Source of the DNA: an uncultured virus (IMG/VR IMGVR_UViG_3300037418_002259)
Taxonomy: Duplodnaviria; Heunggongvirae; Uroviricota; Caudoviricetes
Strand: one strand, 5' to 3'
IMG/VR virus record: IMGVR_UViG_3300037418_002259
Length of the DNA stretch: 20,000 nucleotides
The position numbers and the translations under genes were made by a program. The notes below the pieces were generated by a model. It was not told the origin of the DNA. It saw only the letters and a program-made list of their open reading frames with translations, and did no database searches. Below are positions 1 to 6,376 of this stretch, one piece after another; position 1 is the first letter of the stretch, and each line of letters opens with the position of its first letter.

Positions 1-37
1 GCGCGCTTCTCCTGGCGCGCGCCTTCCGCGCGCGCGC

Positions 38-553
38 TCACTGCGCGTCCTCATCGCCGCGCGCGTCCTGCGGTGCGCGCTGGCTGGTGCTGCCGTACTG
101 GATCCCGCCGCGCGCTGCGTGCAGCACGACGTGCGCCGGAGCCGCGTTCACGGCATCTCCGATCGGGTCGCCGAAGCGCGCTCCGTGCAACTCGACCGAC
201 TGTGAGCCGATGACATGCGGGGGGAGGGTGACGCGCTTTCCGGTCGGATCGTTCGGGCGCGCGGCTTCAGCGCAGCCTTCCTCGTGCGGGGTGACCCACA
301 GCACGCTGCGCGTCTGGTCCTCCCATTCGAGGGTGACGCCGCCCGGGGGCTGCTCGGTCTTGCTGTTCACGATCACAGCGGCCGGCCGGTTGCAGGTCCC
401 ACACGGTCGGTGCGTGCCGCCGGTGAATCCGGTCATGGTCAGTTGGGGGCGCTGGCCGACGAAGTGTGCGGATCCTTCGCCGATCGGTACGCCGTCGAGG
501 TACGCGGTGCCGGTCCCGAGGACGGGCTGGGGAGGGGTGTGGTGGTCGCTCAT
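38..553 (-). CDS. hypothetical phage protein (171 aa, one CxxC)
   Basis: ORF track; protein-like composition, unlike the overlapping Arg/Ala-rich shadow frames; GGACGG just before the ATG; stop overlaps a possible next GTG at 41 (gene running off the left edge). Confidence 0.65.
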   Translation of the reverse strand: MSDHHTPPQPVLGTGTAYLDGVPIGEGSAHFVGQRPQLTMTGFTGGTHRPCGTCNRPAAVIVNSKTEQPPGGVTLEWEDQTRSVLWVTPHEEGCAEAARPNDPTGKRVTLPPHVIGSQSVELHGARFGDPIGDAVNAAPAHVVLHAARGGIQYGSTSQRAPQDARGDEDAQ

Positions 554-669
554 CCGTCCATCGTAGTTTGAAGCATAATCATGGTTCTGTTTAACTCGCC
601 GGAAAATCGCGCTCAGAAGGGGTTCGGTTTGGGGTTCTGTTTGCCCTCCGAGCCGATCCGGGCAAACAG

Positions 670-703
670 AACCCCCTGAGCCGGGGTTCGGTCTCAGGGG
701 GTT
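670..703 (-). terminator. probable intrinsic terminator after the 719-925 gene
   Basis: Inverted repeat AACCCCCTGAG...CTCAGGGGGTT followed on the minus strand by CTGTTT; overlaps a second 16-bp inverted repeat (631-646/660-675). Confidence 0.5.
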
Positions 704-718
704 TCGGTGGCCGGCGAG

Positions 719-925
719 CTAGGCGGCGAGGCGGTACGTCTTGGTTTTGGTGCCGACCTTCACCCGCAGCTCGCACTGCTCCGGGCGGCGCTTGTGTGCC
801 TTCGCCATGGTCTTCAGCACGCTCAGACAGGCGTCTTCGTCGCCCTGGTCGACCACAACGGTGGTCGTCTCCAGGTGGTTCGTACGGCCTCGTTTGCCGA
901 TCTCGCGGAGTTCTACGCGCGCCAT
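719..925 (-). CDS. hypothetical protein, 68 aa (MARVELREIG...KTYRLAA)
   Basis: Start re-called at the ATG at 925 because AGGAGAC lies just upstream on the minus strand, the same RBS motif used by the rightward genes. Confidence 0.75.
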   Translation of the reverse strand: MARVELREIGKRGRTNHLETTTVVVDQGDEDACLSVLKTMAKAHKRRPEQCELRVKVGTKTKTYRLAA

Positions 926-1064
926 GATCCGGGGTCTCCTGTCGTCCGGGGTACGCGTCCATTGGACCCGATTTCGGGCCGAAAGTCCCGCGTTTCCTGG
1001 CTCCCTCGCGCGCGTTACGCGCAACGCGCGCGCCTGCGCGCGTAGGGCCGATCTTAGGCGCTCG

Positions 1065-1089
1065 TGTGAGCCTGTGAGCCGTGTGAGCC
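1065..1089. repeat. three tandem TGTGAGCC direct repeats in the divergent intergenic region
   Basis: TGTGAGCC at 1065-1072, 1073-1080 and 1082-1089. Confidence 0.7.
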
Positions 1090-1219
1090 CGCGGGCGTGT
1101 CGCGGCACGTCATGCGCGGGTTCGTACGTGCGTGACGGGGGTGCGCGTGATGCGTGTGCAACGTGTCGCGCGGGCGAGTTGCGCCGGCGCGGGCGTCCGC
1201 TCGATGCGTGCACACCCGC

Positions 1220-1248
1220 TTGCCTTCCACGCTAAGCGGGTATACGCT
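1220..1248 (+). promoter_or_regulatory. class I promoter P1 (SigA-like, conserved spacer box)
   Basis: TTGCCT-17 nt-TACGCT; spacer contains GCTAAGCGGGTA; inverted half-site ACCCGCTT at 1214-1221. Confidence 0.8.
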
Positions 1249-1257
1249 TGAAGTGTT

Positions 1258-1383
1258 GGGAGCGCGGCAGCAAGCGGAGCGGTGAAACGCCCCGGGCGCT
1301 GATGGCGGACAGCCTCACGGCAGTGAGGTCCGTTGGACGGCACGGAGGAATCCGAGCGAAGGTTCGAACCCTTCCGCTCCCCA
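1258..1383 (+). ncRNA. tRNA-like structured RNA with enlarged anticodon region
   Basis: Acceptor stem GGGAGCG(1258-1264)/CGCTCCC(1375-1381); canonical T-arm GAAGG-TTCGAAC-CCTTC (1358-1374); D-arm-like GCG-GAGCGGTGAAA-CGC (1274-1290); extra internal helices; starts ~10 nt after the P1 -10 box. Confidence 0.65.
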
Positions 1384-1392
1384 CACCAAGCA

Positions 1393-1410
1393 CCGGGAAG
1401 AGCAGCCCGG
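1393..1410 (+). promoter_or_regulatory. AAGAGCAG-loop leader hairpin 1
   Basis: CCGGG-AAGAGCAG-CCCGG, upstream of AGGAGAC and ATG 1433. Confidence 0.8.
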
Positions 1411-1432
1411 CCGGAGACACAGGAGACCCGAG

Positions 1433-1693
1433 ATGCCCGCAGCGATCCTCATCACCGTCGACCACCTCGACCCGTTCGCCACCGACTCGACCCCCGTCAA
1501 GGCGACCAGGCTCCGCGAGGGCATGGTGATCATGGACCCCGAACTCGGCACCCCGGCGCTGTGGCTCGACCACCGCACCCGCTCGACCCGCGGGTCCGGC
1601 AGCGTCTCGTGGTACGCCCACGACTTGGAGACCGGCCGGTTCGGCCCGCACACCTTCCACGAGAACCACCAGGTCAACGTCCTCGCGGACTGA
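1433..1693 (+). CDS. hypothetical protein, 86 aa
   Basis: ORF with AGGAGAC RBS and GC3-biased codons. Confidence 0.85.
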   Translation: MPAAILITVDHLDPFATDSTPVKATRLREGMVIMDPELGTPALWLDHRTRSTRGSGSVSWYAHDLETGRFGPHTFHENHQVNVLAD

Positions 1694-1729
1694 CCCGACG
1701 CGACACAACCGCACCACCCATCACACCGT

Positions 1730-1749
1730 GGCCGGAAGAGCAGCCGGCC
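1730..1749 (+). promoter_or_regulatory. AAGAGCAG-loop leader hairpin 2
   Basis: GGCCGG-AAGAGCAG-CCGGCC, upstream of AGGAGAC and ATG 1766. Confidence 0.8.
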
Positions 1750-1765
1750 CGAACAGGAGACCGAA

Positions 1766-2176
1766 ATGGGCAACAACACGCCTGAAGGCACCTTCGACTA
1801 CGACGTCACCGAAGGCGGCGTACTCGTGTACTTCGGCCCGGAGAACGGGCTGGACCTGACCACCCCGAGCGAGAACCCGATCGAACAGCGGGCGAACGTC
1901 GAGCGCGTGATCCGCGTGCTGCGGATGTTCGCGGCAAACCCCGACTCGACCGGCGTCCTGGACCTGGTCGAGAACGCGCCCGAGCCCGCACTGTTGGAGG
2001 CGCTGGCCGCGAACGCAGACGAGGTCATCGCCGAGCTGGAGCGGTACGCACGCGAGATCGGCAAGCCGTGCCGCGCGTGCGGCGGCGAGGGCGGACAGGA
2101 GAGCGGGCGCGATGGGCTCGACTGGACGGTCTGCACCGCCTGCGCCGGCACCCGAGTTGGGGAGTCGGCGGCGTAG
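1766..2176 (+). CDS. hypothetical protein with C-terminal DnaJ-type zinc-finger-like motif
   Basis: CRACGGEG...CTACAGT (CxxCxGxG-like pair); AGGAGAC RBS. Confidence 0.8.
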   Translation: MGNNTPEGTFDYDVTEGGVLVYFGPENGLDLTTPSENPIEQRANVERVIRVLRMFAANPDSTGVLDLVENAPEPALLEALAANADEVIAELERYAREIGKPCRACGGEGGQESGRDGLDWTVCTACAGTRVGESAA

Positions 2177-2214
2177 CACTCCCCCGACTGGACGCTGACT
2201 GGCGTCGCCTAGCA

Positions 2215-2385
2215 GCCTGTCCCTGACGGCAGACGGGGAGTCGACGCCCCAGCCGTTAGGGACAGGCCCGTACGGCGTCTGGTGGCATGGCCCTGGTGTG
2301 GCGCGTCGAGGGAAGTGCCTTTGGCCGTCCGCTCGATGTGCGGATGGGCGGACGACGTCCGTCTACATCGCCCGAGGCGCGCCAC
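2215..2385. other. highly structured intergenic region, candidate ncRNA
   Basis: 16-bp stem 2215-2230/2252-2267 (one G-U); GTGGCGCG(2298-2305)/CGCGCCAC(2378-2385) enclosing further helices; no credible ORF. Confidence 0.4.
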
Positions 2386-2403
2386 CCACGCCGGATCTGA
2401 ATT

Positions 2404-2449
2404 CGTATACCCGCTTAGCTTGCGCCATGACGCTAAGCGGGTATACGCT
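2404..2449 (+). promoter_or_regulatory. class I promoter P2 embedded in a perfect 16-bp inverted repeat
   Basis: TTGCGC(2420)-18 nt-TACGCT(2444-2449); CGTATACCCGCTTAGC(2404-2419)/GCTAAGCGGGTATACG(2432-2447). Confidence 0.8.
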
Positions 2450-2458
2450 TGCGTCATC

Positions 2459-2478
2459 GGGTCGAAGAGCAGCGGCCC
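2459..2478 (+). promoter_or_regulatory. AAGAGCAG-loop leader hairpin 3
   Basis: GGGTCG-AAGAGCAG-CGGCCC (one U-G pair). Confidence 0.75.
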
Positions 2479-2498
2479 CAGACCGAGGAGACACCACG

Positions 2499-3281
2499 AT
2501 GGACCTGACCACCGCCACCCCCGTCGAGATCGACACCAAACTGGCCGAGATCTCCGAAGAGGTCCGCAGCGCCCAGGTGATCGCAACGGCCGCATGGAAC
2601 AGCGTCGTCCGAGCCGCCACCAAGTACGTCGGCAAGGAAGGCAAGTTCGAGCGGGTCGGCCGCAAGACGGTCGCGATGCGCGCCACCGACGAGGAGATCC
2701 AGACCGCGCTGGTCGAGGCCGCCGAGTTCGAGGGCCAAGACATCTGCGCGATGGAGACGGCGGAGCAGCGAGTCAAGGCGTGGAACGGGCTGGACCTGGT
2801 CGAGGCGCAAGTCAGGTTCGAGGAGGCTGCCGACAAGGTTGCCGCGATCAAGGTGACCGCGCTGCCGTACGACGCCGAGTTCACCCGGCGCGGCGGCTGG
2901 TCCCGGTTCTTCCTGGTGACCAGCTCCGACGGGCACATCCACTCATCGATGAACTGCTCGACCTGCAACCCGCGCACAACGTACGCCTGGTACCCCGAGT
3001 TCTCTGGCCAGACCATGGCCGAGGCGATCGCCGCCTGGGACGAGCGAGGCTCCGCCGAGGTCCTGTGCACCACCTGCTTCCCCGACGCCCCCACCCCGCG
3101 GACACAGAAGCCGGTCGAGGACGGCGTGTGCCCCGGCTCTGGCACCTGGGACTACCCGGCCGAGACCGCCCGCAAGGGGTACGCCGCTGGAAACTACGGC
3201 GTCTGCCGCCACTGCGGCACCGCGATCACGATCAGCTCGACCGGCAAGATGCGGAAGCACAAGACCCCGAAGGCAGCCTGA
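2499..3281 (+). CDS. hypothetical Cys/His-rich (probably zinc-binding) phage protein, 260 aa
   Basis: Start re-called to ATG 2499 (AGGAGAC RBS); motifs GHIHSSMNCSTC, LCTTCFPDAP, CPGSG...CRHC. Confidence 0.85.
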   Translation: MDLTTATPVEIDTKLAEISEEVRSAQVIATAAWNSVVRAATKYVGKEGKFERVGRKTVAMRATDEEIQTALVEAAEFEGQDICAMETAEQRVKAWNGLDLVEAQVRFEEAADKVAAIKVTALPYDAEFTRRGGWSRFFLVTSSDGHIHSSMNCSTCNPRTTYAWYPEFSGQTMAEAIAAWDERGSAEVLCTTCFPDAPTPRTQKPVEDGVCPGSGTWDYPAETARKGYAAGNYGVCRHCGTAITISSTGKMRKHKTPKAA

Positions 3282-3286
3282 TCCCC

Positions 3287-3312
3287 GGCCGCCCGGCACC
3301 AGCCGGGCGGCC
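3287..3312 (+). terminator. GC-rich hairpin after the stop codon, no U-tract (terminator or stabiliser)
   Basis: GGCCGCCCGGC-ACCA-GCCGGGCGGCC. Confidence 0.45.
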
Positions 3313-3335
3313 CCCTCCCCGTTGGAGACCTAGCA

Positions 3336-3503
3336 ATGAAGACCTGGACCTGCCTCGGCTGCGACCGTGAGAACCCCGAATGGGCATTCGAGTGCGGCGG
3401 CTGCGGGCGCTGTAGTGAATGCGGCCAGATCCTCCCGACCGTGCCGGACCCACGCGAAACGTTCGACCTGCGGCAGCCGCACCGGCGAACCCACCTCGAC
3501 TAA
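3336..3503 (+). CDS. small RanBP2/NZF-type zinc-ribbon protein, 55 aa (absent from the ORF track)
   Basis: Translated by hand: MKTWTCLGCDRENPEWAFECGGCGRCSECGQILPTVPDPRETFDLRQPHRRTHLD; GGAGAC RBS; W-x-C-x2-C-x3-N-x6-C-x2-C. Confidence 0.75.
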   Translation: MKTWTCLGCDRENPEWAFECGGCGRCSECGQILPTVPDPRETFDLRQPHRRTHLD

Positions 3504-3553
3504 CCACCACTCCCCCGCGACGAGCACCGCGACCACACAGGAGACTGAGCACC

Positions 3554-3961
3554 ATGACCGCACTGAAACTGTTCGCCGGCACCGCAGTCTGGGTCCCCAA
3601 CGCCTGGAAGCGGCGCGTGACGGACGGCCCGCACTCGCAGCTTGACGTCGTTATCGTGGCCGCTTCCAAGGCAGGAGCGATCGAACTGCTGACCGGGATC
3701 GGCGAGCATGACAGCGCGGCCCAGGCCATCGCCCGCGCCTGCAGGTGGCAGCGCGACCACATGAGCAATCCGGTCCGCGATCTGGTGGACGCGAAAGTCG
3801 TCGACATGGACCAGGCCGGGATCTACGTGTGGAAGCGGTACGCGAAGGACAACCCCGTCGCTCGCATCGACGCGCCCGGGATGCCGATCGTCGGCCACTT
3901 CCGCATCGCGAAGGGCGAGCGTGGCTCGTGGTCGATGTACGCCGAGAAGGTGTCGGCATGA
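3554..3961 (+). CDS. hypothetical protein, 135 aa
   Basis: Start re-called to ATG 3554 (AGGAGAC upstream); stop overlaps next start (ATGA). Confidence 0.8.
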   Translation: MTALKLFAGTAVWVPNAWKRRVTDGPHSQLDVVIVAASKAGAIELLTGIGEHDSAAQAIARACRWQRDHMSNPVRDLVDAKVVDMDQAGIYVWKRYAKDNPVARIDAPGMPIVGHFRIAKGERGSWSMYAEKVSA

Positions 3962-4539
3962 CGATGCAGACCGCTCGCCCGATCGAGCACATCCAGGTCT
4001 CGACCATGACCCGCCCGTTGGGGTGGATCCTCGACTTCGCCCGGCCCGACCACCGACGCCATCTGGACATGGATCAGCCCTACCAGCGCGGCGACGTGTG
4101 GGGGCTCACCCGCCGGCGGAACCTCATCCGCTCGATGCTGCTCGGCGTGCCGATCCCGAGCCTGGTCGTCAACGACCGGTTCAGCGCACGGTTCCGCGAG
4201 CCCGGCTACGACCAGGACCGCAACTGGGCGTACGCGCTCGTCGACGGCAAGCAGCGCGCCACCACGTGGCTGATGTTCGTCGCCGACGAGTTCTCGGTGC
4301 CGGCGTCGTGGTTCGCTGAGGGAGTCTTGCGCGGCGAGGACACTGACGATGGCCCGTATGTGCGGCACAGCGGGCTCTCCGAGAGCATGCAGCGGATGTT
4401 TGACACGATGCCGATTGGGGTCGCGGAGGGCCGGTTTAAGACGCTCGAAGCTGAGCGGTACATCTTCGACCTGGTGAACTTCGGTGGCGTCGCCCAGGGC
4501 GAGAGTGACGACGACTTGGTGGTTCCCGAGGCGCGGTGA
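3958..4539 (+). CDS. DUF262-like (ParB/Srx-fold, GmrSD N-terminal-type) domain protein, 193 aa
   Basis: Motifs PYQRGDVW, LIRSMLLGVPIP and LVDGKQR match the QR...W / DGQQR signature of DUF262; ATGA coupling. Confidence 0.8.
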   Translation: MTMQTARPIEHIQVSTMTRPLGWILDFARPDHRRHLDMDQPYQRGDVWGLTRRRNLIRSMLLGVPIPSLVVNDRFSARFREPGYDQDRNWAYALVDGKQRATTWLMFVADEFSVPASWFAEGVLRGEDTDDGPYVRHSGLSESMQRMFDTMPIGVAEGRFKTLEAERYIFDLVNFGGVAQGESDDDLVVPEAR

Positions 4540-4556
4540 CTTGTCGGTAACTTGGC

Positions 4557-4585
4557 TTGCGTGGAACGCTAAGCGGGTATACGCT
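4557..4585 (+). promoter_or_regulatory. class I promoter P3
   Basis: TTGCGT-17 nt-TACGCT with GCTAAGCGGGTA in the spacer. Confidence 0.8.
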
Positions 4586-4595
4586 CTTCCTTGTC

Positions 4596-4613
4596 GCCGG
4601 AAGAGCAGCCGGC
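4596..4613 (+). promoter_or_regulatory. AAGAGCAG-loop leader hairpin 4
   Basis: GCCGG-AAGAGCAG-CCGGC. Confidence 0.8.
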
Positions 4614-4631
4614 CCAACTCAGGGAGACCAA

Positions 4632-5192
4632 ATGAACGTCACCAGCACCTGCGCGATCCTCGCCTCCGACTTCTCGCCGTCGACCACTGACAAGCTCCGG
4701 CGCAACTGGTCGGTCGGCAAGATGGCTCACGTGATCGCCGCGCTCGATGGCGCGCCCGTGGCCATCACCACGGACCGCCAGACCGGGCACACCCTGGTCG
4801 GCGTCCAGCTGATCAGCGCCTTCCAGGGCGGCGCTGGTCGGGGCCCCCGCGTCCAGGTGCGCATGACGCACACGGACGGCACCACGCAGGACACCAACTA
4901 CTACCTGTGGAATGTCGGCGAGGCCATCATCCCGATGGAGCGCGCCGAGGGCTCTGACGCGAAGTGGAAGGCGCTCGAATCGTTCCGCAGGCAGTGCTCC
5001 GAGGCGATCAAGGCCGCGCAGGAAGAGCACGGCGAGAGCGAGGGCCGCGCCTGGGGATCGTGGGAAGCCACCCCGATCGACGCGACCTCGGTCGGCGTCC
5101 GCTACACCCCGAGCACCGGCAACCCCGCGTTCGCCGACCGGTGGGGTACCCGGTGGAGCGGCAATGTTCGCACCGAGGCAGTGACCGCCTGA
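4632..5192 (+). CDS. hypothetical protein, 186 aa
   Basis: Start re-called to ATG 4632 after GGGAGAC. Confidence 0.85.
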   Translation: MNVTSTCAILASDFSPSTTDKLRRNWSVGKMAHVIAALDGAPVAITTDRQTGHTLVGVQLISAFQGGAGRGPRVQVRMTHTDGTTQDTNYYLWNVGEAIIPMERAEGSDAKWKALESFRRQCSEAIKAAQEEHGESEGRAWGSWEATPIDATSVGVRYTPSTGNPAFADRWGTRWSGNVRTEAVTA

Positions 5193-5205
5193 TCCCCCAC
5201 CCCTG

Positions 5206-5241
5206 AAGCGCCCGCTCCCCTTCCCCGGGGGCGGGCGCTTT
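5206..5241 (+). terminator. intrinsic terminator
   Basis: AAGCGCCCGCTCCC/GGGGGCGGGCGCTT stem ending in TTT, 13 nt after the stop. Confidence 0.7.
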
Positions 5242-5316
5242 CGCGTGCTCGACGCGACGCTAAGCAGGCACCTGCCCGAGACTCCGGAACGAACCACCTT
5301 CACCCCGGAGGCCCCG

Positions 5317-5817
5317 ATGACAACCCACCAGACCCCGCCGAACGCCGCGACCACACCTGAGGTCTGGCGTGCCATGGTCAACGCGAACAACGACTCGGCC
5401 GCGACCGACCCGGTCGACTGGGTCGAGACGACCGCGCCGCACTACTCCCCGCGGGGCCGGCACCGGTGGCTGTGGCACCTCGCGATCCCCCTCGGCGAGG
5501 TCCGGCCCGGTGGCGGCGTACAGGAGATCACCGCCCGGTCCGGCACCGCGCTCACGCAAGCCGGCGCGAAACGCAAGATCGGCCGCCTGGCCAGCAGGCA
5601 CTTCGCCGAGGCAGCCGGACGCGACCCGCACGGCCCCATGCTCGACGCGGTACGGCACTGGTCGCTGTTCGCTCTGCTCGTCACCGGTGTCGCGCTGATC
5701 CTGATGACGGCAGGCTGCACCCCGTCGACGCTGGGCGTGCTGGTCATGGTCGCCGCGATCGTCGGCATCGCAGCGACGCTGGCGAAGTCGCACCGCGCCC
5801 ACACCCGCCGTACGTGA
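5317..5817 (+). CDS. membrane protein with two C-terminal TM segments, 166 aa
   Basis: GGAGG RBS before ATG 5317; hydrophobic stretches WSLFALLVTGVALILMTAG and LGVLVMVAAIVGIAATLA. Confidence 0.75.
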   Translation: MTTHQTPPNAATTPEVWRAMVNANNDSAATDPVDWVETTAPHYSPRGRHRWLWHLAIPLGEVRPGGGVQEITARSGTALTQAGAKRKIGRLASRHFAEAAGRDPHGPMLDAVRHWSLFALLVTGVALILMTAGCTPSTLGVLVMVAAIVGIAATLAKSHRAHTRRT

Positions 5818-5892
5818 ATGCAAAGCGTGTGTACAGCGCGGCGGGATCGGCCTACTGTGTAGAGGACAGCCCTACACGTAGGCAGGTGCACC

Positions 5893-6093
5893 GTGCCGAA
5901 GCTGATGACGACCGCCGACCTCCCCGCCACCTTCCGCGCCGACTTCACCAACCCGATCGCGCTGCGCGCCGTACGCGCCTCCAAGCTGCGTCTCGACCTG
6001 GAGCGCTGCGAGCACGGCCGCACCGACTGCCCGTCCTGCGTGATCGAGGCCGCCCGGCAACTGGTGGCCGACGCGGAGCAACCGGCAACCTGA
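5893..6093 (+). CDS. hypothetical protein, 66 aa (CEH...CPSC)
   Basis: GTG start after AGGTG; followed by a terminator. Confidence 0.7.
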   Translation: MPKLMTTADLPATFRADFTNPIALRAVRASKLRLDLERCEHGRTDCPSCVIEAARQLVADAEQPAT

Positions 6094-6104
6094 CCCCTGC
6101 AACA

Positions 6105-6141
6105 GAACGCCCCGCGATCCCTGGTGGATTGCGGGGCGTTC
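6105..6141 (+). terminator. intrinsic terminator immediately upstream of P4
   Basis: GAACGCCCCGCGATCC/GGATTGCGGGGCGTTC stem followed by ATATT. Confidence 0.7.
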
Positions 6142-6144
6142 ATA

Positions 6145-6173
6145 TTGCCACCAATGCTAAGGGTGTGTACGCT
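6145..6173 (+). promoter_or_regulatory. class I promoter P4
   Basis: TTGCCA-17 nt-TACGCT; variant box GCTAAGGGTGTG. Confidence 0.75.
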
Positions 6174-6181
6174 CGTGTTGT

Positions 6182-6201
6182 GGTCGGAAGAGCAGCCGAC
6201 C
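6182..6201 (+). promoter_or_regulatory. AAGAGCAG-loop leader hairpin 5
   Basis: GGTCGG-AAGAGCAG-CCGACC. Confidence 0.8.
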
Positions 6202-6221
6202 CTCACCCAAGGAGACCCACC

Positions 6222-6371
6222 ATGAACAGCTTGCCGACCCGCACCGTCCGCTCCGTCACCCGCGACAGCCGCCGTACCTGCTTCGGCCGGCGCGCCACTG
6301 GCCGCAACCTCCTGGCCGGTCGCAGCAACGCCAACCGCGCTGCCATCGCCGCCTCGCTGGCCGGGTTCTGA
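6222..6371 (+). CDS. small basic protein, 49 aa (MNSLPTRTVR...ASLAGF)
   Basis: Full cassette upstream (promoter, hairpin, AAGGAGAC); 3' part of the track ORF 5466-6371. Confidence 0.75.
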   Translation: MNSLPTRTVRSVTRDSRRTCFGRRATGRNLLAGRSNANRAAIAASLAGF

Positions 6372-6376
6372 TCCCC

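Noticed and set aside
1284..1305. Hammerhead ribozyme core (GAAAC...CTGATGG)
   Set aside because: CTGATGG is not CUGAnGA and the three required stems cannot be built in the right order.
1258..1383. Canonical decoding tRNA or tmRNA
   Set aside because: No 7-nt anticodon loop on a 5-bp stem, 9-nt acceptor-D linker, no G3-U70 pair, and too short for tmRNA. Kept as a tRNA-like ncRNA.
2282..3370. 362-aa ORF and the upstream extension of the 2298-3281 ORF
   Set aside because: Shadow frame; the extension would run through promoter P2 and the hairpin, and the RBS supports a start at 2499.
4583..4606. Alternative hairpin GCTCTTCC/GGAAGAGC sequestering hairpin 4
   Set aside because: The left arm overlaps the -10 box and lies upstream of the predicted TSS, so it would exist only in read-through RNA; seen in one copy only.
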